NCBI RefSeq assembly: GCF_006345805.1
Contig: NC_043005.1
Span: forward strand, 35,898,001 to 35,962,000
Reading direction: 5' to 3'
From: Octopus sinensis
Lineage: Eukaryota
DNA: 64,000 nucleotides
Shown here: positions 13,503 to 27,662 of the stretch, one piece after another
Layout of the letters: each line of letters opens with the position of its first letter
Position numbering within the stretch: the stretch's first letter is position 1
Position numbers and translations under genes: made by a program
The notes under the pieces: model-generated
What the model was told of the DNA's origin: nothing
Database searches by the model: none
What the model saw: the letters and a program-made list of their open reading frames with translations, nothing else

Positions 13503-13995
13503 ATCAGAATCGAAATCGATCAATGGAAATTGCGGATGTGCTACCAGTGCCGGTGGCATGTCGAAACTCTGCTTGTGAAGACCCATTGAGGCAAGTGAGG
13601 ATCAGAATCGAAATCGATCAATGGAAATTGCAGATGTGTTACCAGTGCCGGTGGCATGTAAGAGAACTTTCCGTTTCACGACCGTTGCCAGCACCGCCCC
13701 GTTTCGTGTCCGTTGCCAGCCTCGCCTGGCCCTCGTGCCGGTGGCACATAAAAAGCACCATCCGTTCGTGGCTGTTTGCCAGCTCTGTCTGGCACCAGTG
13801 CGGGTGGCACGTAAAAAGCACCCACTACACTCACGGAGTGGTTGGCGTTAGGAAGGGCATCCAGCCATAGAAACACTGCCAGATTTGACTGGGCCTGATG
13901 AAGCCTTCTGGCTTCACAGACCCCAGTAGAACCCTCCAACCCATGCTAGCATGGAAAACGGACGCTAAATGATGATGATGATGATGATGATGATA
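13503..13995 (+). mobile_element. Young family D retroposon with internal tandem subrepeats and (GAT)n tail
   Basis: CpGs retained; atcagaatcgaaatcgatcaatggaaattgc occurs twice; several gccggtggca subrepeats; ends ggacgctaaatgatgatg. Confidence 0.8.
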
Positions 13996-15647
13996 TATAT
14001 ATATATACACACATATATAGAAATAAAATATGCATTTTACATACACAGAATGTGTTCATGTACATCATATACATGTGTGCATAGTACCTATTTCTATTCA
14101 TCTTGCACCTTGAGGTTCCACCTGGATACCTCATCACCACTATTTATCTCTTTTCTGCTACTACAGATTCATTTCTTCCTCTCTCCTAAATCTGACTAGC
14201 CCTGCTCTGCCCAATACCCTTCTCTCATACAGTTGGAATTTAACTTAGGACTGGAACAATAGAATGACTGCGTTACAAAATTAATTTCCATCTGTCCTTA
14301 CCCTCTTATCAAACACCACCAGGGCATATAGTCATTATAGACATATTATACTCATGTTATTTAGCTCTCATTAGTTTTGGACCACAGGCCCAATTAGTCC
14401 TCTGCTAGGAGCCAGATTAAAAGTCTGCATGGAGTGAGGCTTTTAAGCTAGTCTTTAATAAAATTGAAGTAGCATAAATAAAATTGCAACAATCAAAATT
14501 TTAAATGAAACAACAAAATTCTATAGGTTATCTTTAACCTGTGTACTAGATTCAGGTTTTAAGTCATAAGTTTCATGGTTCAATGAACAGCAATGTCCAC
14601 TTGACCTAAATTAAATGCAGCTTCTGGAATTTAGAGAGAAGTGTCAATAAAACTAATAATTAAACATCAAATACTTATGGAGGTCCACCAGAGATAAATA
14701 GAAATTGAAGGGGTCCATAGGTAAAAAAATATTTAAAAACCACTGAGGTAGAGAAAACTACCCAAATGTTTATGCTATCATACATAACTCGCTCAAATTT
14801 TCACTGTTTATGTTCACTTCTAAGGTTAATTTATTTCACTGGCTGTAGCATAATGTGGAGGGTGGGCATTGCTGTGACAGTGCACTAGGTAAATGATAGG
14901 TGTCCTTCCCAGCCGATGCTTGATCCAAGACAGTAGCTATGTTTAAGATACATCCTTTAGGAAAGGCAGCCAACAAAGACTTTCTTTGAAAGAATTTTCT
15001 GTGAATATTCAGTGTCTGCAACATGTCAGCGTAACAACAGAGATGGTAGTGAACAACAACAACAACAACAACAACAAAAACACCACCACCACCAATGTCT
15101 GTATAACAGCCAAAGAGGGCAATGAAACTCACGGGAATGAGTGATGACTGACAACACCAGCATCACTACCACCGACAACAACAACAACAACAGCAACAAC
15201 ATGTCTGTACAACAGCCAAGAGGGCAGTGAACCTAAAGAGAGCCAGATGAAACGCAGCTAAAACAGCGTTTTGCTGGGTGTGCTAACTTGATTCTGGCAA
15301 CTCACCTCCTAAATAACAATAATAATAATAATAACAGTTTCAAATTCTGGCACAAGGCCAGCAATTTCAGGGAAGTGAGCAAGTCAGTTACATCAACCCT
15401 AGTAATCCTTTCTGCTATAGGCATAAAGCCTGAAATTTTGGGGGAAGGGTGTAGTTGATTACATCAACCCTAGAGATCAATTGATATATATTTTATTGAG
15501 TCCAAAAGGATTAAAGGTAAAGTCAACTTCAGTGGAATTTGAACTCAGAATGTAAAAATGGACAACAAGCTGCGAAGCATTTTTTTGTCTAGTGTGCTAG
15601 CCTGCAACCTTAATAGTTATTATTCCAAGGGAAAGGATGAAGGGGAC

Positions 15648-15813
15648 AATAATAATAATAATAATCATAATAATAATAATAATAATAATAATGATAATAA
15701 TAATAATAATAATAATAACAATAATAATAATAAATAATAATAATAATAACAATTAATAATAATAATAACAATAATAATAATAATTAATTAATAATAATAA
15801 TAACAATAATAAT

Positions 15814-15872
<59 letters not shown>
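15648..15872. repeat. (AAT)n microsatellite
   Basis: Directly visible; others at 242-296, 16341-16384, 16605-16703, 18308-18444. Confidence 0.95.
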
Positions 15873-15873
<1 letters not shown>

Positions 15874-16340
15874 GGCTACAGCAAATATTCTGTTCAATAC
15901 CATAGATTTGCTTGTCAGTTGTTTGACCTTAACCAGTTGAGCATGTCCCTTAGTGGCTGATGATATGTGCACTTCATCTCTGATCACAAGCAGAAGTAGT
16001 GGGGGAGCATCATAGCCATGTGTTGAGAGGAATTTTTTGAGGTTTGACTAATTCACCTCTGGAAACATGGGTGTTTCGTTCAACATCCTTGAACAACCCT
16101 TATTCAGGGACCTTTTGAGCGGGATGGGTTACTCTACCAGAAGAAAATTCTAATGGGGCTCCACCTGCAAGGTCATGTGCTGTTTATCTTGATATAAGAT
16201 CACCATGTTGCGCACATATTGTTGTGATGCATGTGCCTAGTGTATACCCTTATCAGACGGGTAGTCATGATAGGTGTATACTGGGCTTCATATATTTTAC
16301 CCCAGTGTCACTTTGATGGCATGCACAGCTCTCTCACTCA
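15873..16340 (+). mobile_element. Element embedded in (TAA)n, probably the 3' UTR of a microsatellite-targeting non-LTR retrotransposon (Dong/R4-like)
   Basis: Complex ~470 bp sequence with (AAT)n on both sides, ending ctctctcactc-aataat. Clade assignment is inferred from the target only. Confidence 0.5.
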
Positions 16341-16606
16341 ATAATAATAATAATGTTAATAATAATAATAATAATAATAATAATGGTTTCAAATTTTGCC
16401 ATAAGGGCAGCCATTTTGGGGAAGGGGATGTGTCAATTACATCCCCACCCCCGGGCTTGGTATTTATTTTATTGATCATGGAAAGATGAAAGGTGAAATC
16501 AACCTTGGTAGAATTTGAACTCAGTACATAAAGATAAACAAAATGCCGCTGAGCATTTTACTTGACATGCTAATGATTCTGCCAGCTCGCTACCACCACC
16601 ACCATA

Positions 16607-16701
<95 letters not shown>

Positions 16702-17196
16702 AATTCTTTCTTTATTGGCCACTAGGGCTGCAAAAGACATTTAGGGCAGTACAAAGGACTAGGGATTCCCATAGAAACATCTAAACAATAAAACAATAAC
16801 AATTTGTAAAAACAACTTGTTAAACAAGAGTAATAATGATGATAATGCCACTGCTGCTACCTCTGCTGCTGCCGCTGCTACTACTACTACTGCTACTGCT
16901 GCTGCTGCTGCTGTATATAAACTTTCCTTATAATTTATTCCCTAACAACACCATTCAGCCAGTATTTGACAATGTCCTCTCAGCTCAAGATTCTCCATCC
17001 ACCTATCTCTCTGTGACTCTCTCTACCTCTCTCTCTTGCCAATAACCTTCAACTTGTGGCCTCACAAATAAACAAAAAGTACTTGCTTATGAAGCAAGCA
17101 GGTAGACACATCTTTCATTTTCCCTCCCTCACCTGTCCACACTCACCTCACCTTGCCTCACAACAACTAAGTACAAGCAGGCAAGTGTGTATACAT

Positions 17197-17237
<41 letters not shown>

Positions 17238-17676
17238 CATATACGTATATCAATTACAGGGTATAGAGTTGTAGTTAGAGGAGGAAGGAGTGACAGGTAG
17301 AGTAGGAGAAGCATCAGGTGGGAGGTCTATTACAACTACCTGCTACAAAAATGACTAAAGGTAGAGGTATGTATGTTATTCCACCTGTGTATATATAATG
17401 CAGAGGCAAATGGAGCAGGAGGAGGAAGAGATATAAGAATATAAAGAGAGAGAGAGAGAGTTTAGAAGTGAAGAAAGAAGACAAGAAGAGGAATGGAAGG
17501 AAGGTGGAAGGAGGGACAGGGGGAAGGAAGGAGGGACAGGGGGAAGGGAACAGTGCCAAATATAAGATTGAGATAGAAACAAACAACAATTATCAAGTTG
17601 GAAATTAAAAATGGTGGTGAAGGGAGAAAGACAGAGGGAGAGAGAAGAGAAAGAGAAGTGTGTGTGTGTGTGTGTG

Positions 17677-17708
<32 letters not shown>

Positions 17709-18382
17709 AGTATAGATATAGACAGAGAAGTGAAGTCAAAAGTGTGTGAAATAATGTGAGACAATATGGAGAGAGAAAGAGAGAGAGAGAGAGGTAAGAG
17801 CATAGACAGACAGACAGACAGAGACATTAACATGAGAGGAAAGGGAGTAGTCTAGAGTTTGAAATAAGGTGAGACTAGAAAGACAAACAGAGAGAGAGAG
17901 AGAGAGAGAGAGGGGAGGAGGAAAGACTAGTTAAGTGAAGAAAGCATGGCTAGTTATTGAGTTAGGGTAAAAACTTCTACTTCTTGTATTACAACTAAGA
18001 TGTTGTTGGCCTAAGAAAGATGTAGTTCAATTTAGCCAGCACCACATCAGGACACCGTAACCATTACTTAACCATTACTACCTCTGATGTGCCAGAACAT
18101 AACCCAAGTTTACTTTCTCACAACTTCAGAGGGTGGAGATGGTGGGGGTTGAGGGGGGGGGATAAATTAGCATGAAATCTCTAAAGGTAAAAGAGAATGC
18201 AGTTTTATTTTACTAAGAAACTTTGTAATAAACCTCTATACAAATGACAAATGACTTCCTTTTATGACCAGGATTTAGGTCAGATAAGAGGTGGAAATTA
18301 GTGTCAAATAATAATAATAACAACAACAATGATAGTAATAATAATGATAATAATGATAATAATAATAATGATAACAATAATG

Positions 18383-18423
<41 letters not shown>

Positions 18424-18590
18424 TAATAATAATAATAATAATAAGTAGAAGAAGAAAAAGAAGAAAAAGAAGAAAAAGAAGAAGAAGTAGAAGAAGAAAA
18501 AGAACAACACCAATACTAATACAATGAATACCTGATTTTCCAAGAGACAGGTGTTGCTAATGATTTATTGAGGTTAAATTGCATTCATTA

Positions 18591-18658
<68 letters not shown>

Positions 18659-19989
18659 AATCTATCTATCTGTCTGTCTATATATTAGACATACACACAC
18701 ACATACACACACACCATCATCATTTAATGTCCATATTCCATGCTGGCATGGGTTGAACAGTTTGACTATCCAATGGGTCCAAGGACTGCATCATGCTCTA
18801 TGGCTGGATGCCTTCCTAATGCCAATCACTTTACAGTGTGTACTTTATTTTATTTATTTTTTTTGGGGTATCATTAGTAGTAGTGATGTTACTATGTAGC
18901 TTTGCAAAACTACGAACTCCCTCATAGCCATTTGATGATTAAAAAAAAGCTCATTATAATTTTATAATTAAATATTATCAAAAATTGTATTACAAAAGTG
19001 TTAAACTATCTTGTGTATTGTTGAAGTATAACCAATTCATTGTGCACAAACTTTAAATTTATTGCACATAAACATAGCCCCAAGAAGACATGGGATGAGG
19101 TGGTGAAGCATGATCCTTGAACATTGGGTTTCATGAAGGTGATGACAAGTAACCAATGATAAGTGACCAATGCCGGTGTCATGTAACTGGTGACACATAA
19201 AAGCACTTGTGCTGGTGACATGTAAATAGCAACTATTACACTCTTGGAGTGGTTTGCATCAGGAAGGGCATCCAGCCATGGAAACCATGCCAAATCAGAC
19301 TGGAACTTGGTGCAGCTCTCTGGCTTACCAGTTCCAGTCAAACTGTCTAACCCAAGCCAGCATGGAAAGCAGACACTAAATGATGATGACGATGAAACTT
19401 TAACAAAATCTTATGTGGGTCCCCCATCTCACGAAGGATCACATGGACCGTGGTTGAGAACCACTACAGTAGAGGTTACATGTGGTTACTCAAAGTTTAG
19501 AAGAGAGGGTGATAAGGTGGAGCAGGGAAACAAAGAACAACAGTGGGAATGAGGGGTCTATGTGAGCCCTCATGGTACGAAGTGAATAGGAACAAAGGAA
19601 CCAGAAATGTGGATGGATAGAGGGAGCATGTACTCATGTACTTTAAAGGAATTCTATTATCTGGAGAGGGTGTGGTAGTCAAAGATAACTTTGAAATTAT
19701 AAATTTATCTAAATAGTTACCGTGAGAATTTCACTTATTGTTTGTCCTAAATCTTATATTTCTTATCTTTTTTTAACATTTCAGTCATTTGACTATGGCC
19801 ATGCTGGGGCACTCAGGCTTGAAGAATTTTTAGTTGAATGAATCAATCCCAGTACTTACTTATTTATTTTTGTTAAGCCTCATGGTTATTCTATCAGTTG
19901 CTTTTGCTGAACTGCTAAGTTACAGCAACATAAACATGTCAACACCAGTTGTCAAGCAGTGGGGTGGGGGTAGAGGGTCAAATGCACGC

Positions 19990-20046
<57 letters not shown>

Positions 20047-21385
20047 GTTTATAGTGATCAAATGTTTGTACTCACATAAGCTCATTCCCTCCATCAAATT
20101 GACATTACCTGTACAGGTGTATCATGTGCCACATGTCAGACTACAAAGTGATTGCAGAGCAATGTGAAATGAAGTGCTTTGCTCAAGAGCACAACGCAAT
20201 GCCCGATCTGGGAATTGAACCCATGATCTCACAATCGTGAGTGCAACACCCTAACCACTAAACCATGCTGTGTGTGTGTGTTTGTGTGTATAATCCTTTG
20301 ATCTCATCTTTACATACTAATAAGGGTGTCTTTTTGGTTTCCCCCCCTCACCATAGCTTGACAAATGGTGTTGGTTCATTTACATCCCTATAACTTAGCT
20401 CTTGGTAAAAGAGATCAATCGATTAAGTACCAAACTTTAAAAAAATGGTACTGGGGGTGGGGTAAGGATTTGCTCAACTAGAAACCTTTTAAGTTGTGTC
20501 TCAGCATGGCCACAGCCCAAACACTGAAACAAGTTATATACATGCATATATGAATGCTAATATATATGTGTATGTGTATGTATAAGATATATGCCTATAC
20601 ACACACATACATGCATGTACATATGAAAGGTACAAACATCCAAGTTGATGAATACATTAACCTTAGGAGGAGGAGAAGGGGAGGAGCAACAGGGGGATGA
20701 GCAGTAGGGGAGGAGCCACAGGAGAGGAGCAGGACGAGGCAAAGCCAAACAAAAAAGAGAGAGAGCTTCTTGAAATTAGGCATAATGATGCCTTCCTCAT
20801 TAATTTTGTAATAGTGTTTCTCATCTGATAAATACTTCTGAACACAAACTGTACAAATAGCATACAAATAACGTACACACATGCAACGAGTCTACAAGTT
20901 ATACTGGCCTCACAGGAAGCATTGCCATAGCAACCATTCATAACATACACAGACATTTGCAGTTTTCAGCTGCTACTTAGAACATTTATTTATGTTTTCT
21001 TGTTGTTTTTTCTTTTGTTTTGTTTTCTTCATATTCATTAGTTTTTCTCCAGTGTTGAATCTATGACAGACTAGAAGACAACAACAGCCCAAAAAACTTG
21101 GAACATTTACAAAATACTACCTTGGACAAGAGAAAATGTTTACAGGAAATATTAAACAGGCATAGCTGTGTTTAAGAAGCTTGCTTAGCATGTATGTGGG
21201 TTTTGAGTTCAGTCCCACAATGCAGCACCTTGGGAAAGTGTCTTCTACTGTTGCCCTGGGTCAACTTAATGATTTATGAGGGAATTTGGTAGACAGAAAC
21301 TATTTGGAAGTCTGTTTTGCATGTATGTATACATACATACATGCATACATACAAGTATATATCTAAATTTAGAATACATACCTAG

Positions 21386-21435
<50 letters not shown>

Positions 21436-21451
21436 GTGTATATATATATTG

Positions 21452-21837
21452 TTGGTTGTTGGCATCCTTTTTGTCTCGGGAGACAATGGAGTTGCGCATA
21501 AAATAATCTAGTCCAGCTTTTACATTTCATGTCCTAATACATTTCCTGCTGTGGTTGTGTAGTCCTACCCTGGACAAACACTCCCTCTGGCAGGTGCCGT
21601 AAATGTAGCGAAGACTTTTCCTGGCTGGTTGTAATGTCATAGTTTCTTGTTGATGTCTTTTCTTGTCTTTCCATTTCTCCTCTCTCTCTCTCTGTCACTC
21701 CTTTGTGTTCCCTCTTTTACGGTACGTCGCCAATCTCCACCGTTGCTGGCAACTGCTTCCCAGTTGCTAATATTGATGTTGCTGGCCTTCATGTCCCTTT
21801 TGCAAACATCCTTGTATCGTATGAACGGTCTTCCCAT
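21452..21837 (-). mobile_element. 3' end of an RTE (BovB-like) LINE
   Basis: Translation GRPFIRYKDVCKRDMKASNINISNWEAVASNGGDWRRTVKEG, then a frameshifted zinc knuckle CQRECLSRVGLHNHSRKC; (CAA)-like tail; sits in (TA)n. Confidence 0.85.
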
Positions 21838-21887
21838 ATATATATATATATATAAATGTATATATATATAAATATATATATATATAT

Positions 21888-22292
21888 CTTTTACTTGCTT
21901 CAATCATTAGACTGAGGCCATGCTGGGTTACTGCCTTGAAAAGTTTTTAGTTGAATGAATCACCTCAGTACTTTTTTTAAGCCTGGTACTTATTCTATCA
22001 GTTCTCTTGATGAACTGCTAAGTTATGGGGATGTAAACAAACCAACACCAGTTGTCAAGTGGTGGGGGGAACATACAGACAGAAAGACATACAGACATAT
22101 ATATAAGCACACACATACACATATATACAACGGCCTTTTTTCACTTTCTGTCTAACAAATCCACTTGCAATATTTTGGTCCACCTTAGGCTATAGAAGAA
22201 GACATTTTCCCAAAGTGTCGTACAGTGAGATTGAACCTGGAACTGTGTGTTTTTTGAAGCAAGCATCTTACCACACACCCACACTTGCACCT
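21888..22292 (-). mobile_element. Family A SINE, decayed
   Basis: Reverse-complement match to family A. Confidence 0.75.
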
Positions 22293-24397
22293 ATGCATAT
22301 ATATATATATATTATATATATATATATTTATATATAACACTTGTATTTATACTTGTTTACTCCCACTAGTTGATAACTGGGGTTGGTCTTTTAATGTCAC
22401 AGAAACTTAACAGTTTAGCAAAAAAAACTGATAGAATTAGTATCAGATGTAAAATATAATTTCTGGTGTCAATTTATTTGCTTAAATCCTTCAATGTGGT
22501 GCCCCAGTATAACTGCAGTCCAATGACTGTGCCAAACTCCAGTGTCTATTAGGCGTGATTTCTACAGTTCAAAGCTCCTTCTAACACCACTTCCTTACAG
22601 AATGTACTGGGTGTTTTTTTTTTTATTTTTATGGCACCAGCACTTGTCAGCTCAGGTCACTAAATAACTCACAAAAAAAAAAAAGAACTCTGAATGGGAA
22701 TGTAGTATTGAAGGTGGATTTATGGCCAAGTGTTGAGAGACAAAAATATGATAGAGGAACAGGAATCTTTGTCTAGCTGTAAAAGTGATACATGGTTACC
22801 CTAGCTAGAAGGAGGGAAAAACATAGTGGGGATAAAGGTGTCAGGATATACATGGCTTATAAGTCAAGAAGGTGGGTATTACAGAGAATAGGGACAAGAG
22901 ATCAAGAATGGTGGATGAGTAAGTTTGCAAGAATGCAAAAGGAGAGGGACAGATGGTTATAGATGAAATTAGACATATTTCATTGCCTCAGAAATTATGA
23001 AAGGCAAAGCAAACCTTGATGGAATTTGAACTCAAAACAAAAAGACAGATGAAATACTGCTTGGTATGCTAATGATTCTGCCAGCTTACTGCCTTAATAA
23101 TAAATAATATTAACAGTAAAATCCAATGTGGCAAGCTGGCAGAGGTGTTAGCATGCTGGGCAAAATACTTAGAAGTATTTTGTCAATCTGTGCGTTCTGA
23201 GTTCAGATTCTGCCTAGCCTAACTTTGCCTTTCATCCTGTTGGGGTCGATAAAATAAGCACCATTTGAGCATTGGGATTGATGTAATGGACTTGCTGTCC
23301 TTGTGTCAAAATCTGAAATCGATATTAACAGCAAAACTCCCAAAGACAACATAATAACTGGAACTATTTTTCTGTTTCTGGTAATTTTATGATCTTATTA
23401 AGAGTAAAATGGTTTATCAATAATTTAAAACTGAAACATTTTCAGTTATTATAGATAATCTGATTCCTGTCTTGGCAAAATGCCTGTGAGCTTGTTCAAA
23501 TATTAAGCGAAATACTTTTATAAAAGTCTCTACAGTGTACAGAGGTCTTTATATCCAGACGATTTGATAGAAAATCTGAGGTAAGCAAGTACACACAGAA
23601 TTTGGTGAGATTTGGAATTGGAAAATCCTATTTGCTGCTTATACTGGCATAAAACAATTTTGGGTAGCTGGAAAACCAATCATTTGGAAGCTTTTAGCAT
23701 TTTTTTCCAATACAAAATTCATCATCATTTTAATATCCATTTTTCTGTGCTTGCATAGGTCACACAGAATTCTACAGCTGGATGCCTTCCCTGTTCCCAA
23801 CCCTCACTTGTTTCCAAGTAAGGCAATATTTCTCCATAGCCAGACATGTTACCACAGAGTATTAGAAACGAATAACATTGTTTATGTGACAGAAACACTT
23901 GTTTACAACTATCATGTAATGGCAAGTGAAGGGCACACAGACATACACACACATACATATATACATATAAACACACACACACACATGTGATGATAGGGTT
24001 TTTCATTTCTCATCATCAACCAAATTCCCTCACAAAGCTCTGGGAAGCTCAGAGCTACCATGGAAGACATCTGCTCAAGGCGTAACAGAATAGGACTGAA
24101 TCTGAAAACGTGTGGTTAGGAAGCAAAATTACTTAATCACACAGCCACATTGTATAAATTAATTCACCTTATAAATCTACTAGGGTCTCCTGGCCATAAA
24201 CTTTAGCTGTGAATAGTTACATGAAGAGGAATTTGTTTAAAAATGCACAAAGAGGTATTATATGGATAAAAACAGGTTGTGAAATCTTGCTCTAATAAAC
24301 AATGCACACTAACTTGGGCAGGAAACTGACTTAGCTAGCCTCAAAACAAGTTTTCTTAAGGCAAAATATCAAGAACTAAAATCTTATTCAGAGAATG

Positions 24398-24765
24398 GCA
24401 GGTATGGTTGAGTGGTTAAGAAGCTTGCACTGTAATCATGTGGTTTCAGGTTCAGTCTGATAACACAGCACCATGTGCAAGTGTTTCTGCTAAAACTCTG
24501 GGCCTATGAGTAAATTTGGAAGGTGGAAACTATGCAGAAGCCCATCATATAAATATGTGTATGTGCATGTGTGTGTCTTTTAATTTATCCTCCTTCCCCC
24601 CTACATTATAAATGGAATTTGTTTGTTTACATCCCTGTAACTTAGCAGTTTGGCAAAAGAGACCAACAAAATAAGCACCAGAGATGTTAAACAAAGTAAG
24701 TACTGGGTCAATTTGTTTGACAATTCTTCAGCATAGCCACAGTCCACTGACTGAAGCAAATAAAG
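24398..24765 (+). mobile_element. Family A SINE, old copy
   Basis: tRNA-like head and gtaacttagcagtttggcaaaagagacc segment. Confidence 0.7.
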
Positions 24766-25703
24766 TAAAACATTTTACTTTACCATTACCACAGTAATTT
24801 GAGAAAAGGCTACATTTCACATGTTTGAAAATAAAATTTATTTAGCAAGAATATCAAAATGTAATTTAAGAGAGCACCTGGACCTTGTTGAAGAAATGTT
24901 ACAGGTGACACCGGTTAAATTGACTTCAATTACTGTTCAAATACATACTGAATAGACATTAGCCAGGTCTGAACTCTAGGTCTCTGAGTTGGTATTCTAA
25001 AACCAGCTATTTAAGTTCTCTGTCTATGAATAGGGGCACATGTAGAATAACATTAAATATACTTAAATAACTAATGTGTGTGTGGATATCTGAGTATGAG
25101 TGTGCGTGTGTATGTGTATCTGAGTATGTGCGCATATGTATCTCTGAGTGCGTATATATTACCCTCTTGAGGTATGGACGACAATTCTTTTTGCTCCGCT
25201 CGTCGTTCACAAAAAAATCCGCGTTCGCAATACTTTTTTTCGTTCGGCGTTAACAGCCCTTCTTATCTTGTTCTTCCTTGTCCTGTCTTTTACTGTTTAT
25301 AATTTGTACTGTTGTTACTGTCCTGTTTTTGTTACCATTTTTTACCCTTCTGCGAAAAGATCTCAGAATTTTAATTAATTTGCTTTTCGCAGGAAGGAAA
25401 GTTTCTTGTCGAAGATACATCTCACTTTCACCTTCGAAACGTAGAGTAGATGAAACCATAGCAACTGAAGAAGGGGTTTTTTTCTTTGTGTTAATTGTCC
25501 TCTACTCTAGTTTTTTGTTGTTTAAAAAAATGTCCAGTTCCTTTGGTTTGTGTCTATGTTTTCGTTTCTCATTGTGTTCGACATCTTTTTGGTGTCCTGT
25601 ACTCATATATGCGTGTATATGTACATGTAGAGGTAGGTACGTACATATATGTTTATATATATGCATATTTTTTATTTTTATTTATTAATATATATATATG
25701 TAT

Positions 25704-25855
25704 AGGGGGAGAATTCACAAAAAAGAAACAAAAGACGAAGACGGGTGGTGTAGACAGCAAACAGATGTATTAGTTTAACATCGGGAAGTGAAAACGTCTT
25801 TAACATTTCGAGCCTACACTCTTCCACAGAAAGGAACACAGAAAGAAACAAAGAG
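25704..25855 (-). mobile_element. Penelope-like pLTR-derived element in (TA)n with a degenerate hammerhead (25798-25833)
   Basis: Minus strand CUUU CUGUGGA A GAG UGUAGG CUC GAAA UGUU AAAG; TA-repeat flanks. Confidence 0.55.
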
Positions 25856-27427
25856 ATATATATATATTTGAGTGCACATATGTTGAATCCATGTATATGA
25901 GCGATGGCTAGAAGTATATTGAGTTCTTCATAACCAGCTGATCTAGCAAGCGGAGCCTCATATCAGTGAGGGGGGCCGGTGCGCATTGATGCCATTGAGA
26001 GGTAGGCCCCGAAACGGTGCGCATTCTCTCCTGATGACCCCATACACTTGCTAGCTTCCGATATACGGAGCTTTTAACTGGTAGCACTTGCATGTGCAAG
26101 TTGTTTGCAAGACATCTGAGCATGTGTATATGTGTGCATATGCACATGTGTTCATGCATCTATCTGTAAAAACAGATATAAACCCAATATATATGGATGT
26201 GTTTATCAATCAATGAAAACATACTAAAACTGGTGTCATGCATGCATGTATATTTCTCGCAGCTAGACCACAATGCCAACTGTACTGGAGATCAGTTAAT
26301 TACTGCTTGGAATAATCCAAGTTTATGTTACCTATTTTGTTAGTCTTACAAGAATGGATTTCATCTTGGTACAGATGAAATCAAAACATTAGACAGCAAA
26401 CCAGAGGCTAGTAAACAACTGCGTCAGTTTTGCTACCATTTGTATGTATTTCACTAACCCACACACCTCTCACAAACAGATGAAGTAAACATCGCAGAAA
26501 CTGCAGAGGCTACTCAGAAGTGTTTCAAGCTCTTCTAATTTCATCTCAATGTTGGAATCCCTTCTGTACTGTTGGCAGGTATCTCAGGGTCACAAGCAAA
26601 ACTAGTAAACATCAACATAGTTTTACTATCACTATCCCACCCAATCAACTTGCAAGTATAAAGCATAACAAGCTACCAAGTACTCCAACAACAGGTCACT
26701 GAACATATATTATAGCAGTTAGTGAGATCATTGTTCATAGAGATAGGGTTTCTAAGTACTCCTGCTAGAAGGTGCCACTCCTCAGATTGAAGATACAGCT
26801 TGTCTAAGTTCCACTAATGAAAATTTGCTTTATTATCAGCCTTCATTTACCAAAATTCTTGGCATTATATTTGCTACAGCAGACATGCACGCACACACAA
26901 ACACATACAGATCATCTGCTGGCTACTGTAGTAAAATGTTAACAACCTATTAAGAATGCCAGACATACATTTTTTGTTCTTCCACTTATTAAAAACTAAC
27001 AATCTACTTAATTATTAAACTCTACATTAGGCCATTTATAAATTAATATTCTAAAAACAAGCAGCAACAATAAGAGAAATTAAGGACAGTAGATCTAGTA
27101 CCAAAATTCAATACACTAAATCAATAAATTCTATATCTGTTCACCCACTGCATCACTTTCAAATCAGCATTCATAGAATTTATTCTTCAGGCAAATTTTA
27201 TAGTAAGTTATTGTGGCATTTTACTGGTTTATTTTCACTACAAGGCTTGCAGTTTGGCTCCAATTCTTAGTTGGAAATGCTTAATTTCAGTCTGTTAAGA
27301 AGGTCCCTCAATAACCATGTTGTGTATTCTTCTGCAGTCCTGGGCTGACCAAAATCTCATAAGTGGATATTGGTAGATGGAAGCTAAAAGAAGCCCATGC
27401 ATGTGTGTGTGTGTGTGTGAGTGTGTG

Positions 27428-27538
<111 letters not shown>

Positions 27539-27662
27539 TATATACATATATGTATGTATGTATAGACAGATAGATAGATATAGATAGATACATACACACA
27601 CATATATATAGATATACATACATACATAAATACATACATACATACATACATATATATACACG

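Noticed and set aside
13503-13830. Regularly recurring gccggtggca..taaaaagcacc units resembling a CRISPR array
   Set aside because: Internal subrepeats of a dispersed eukaryotic retroposon; spacers are related to each other and there are no cas genes.
25425-25480. Type II hammerhead reading (GAAACGUA..CUGAAGA)
   Set aside because: Stem I cannot pair next to the core.
25985-26040. SECIS-like hairpin
   Set aside because: Has UUGA rather than AUGA, helix II pairs poorly, and there is no selenoprotein 3' UTR context.
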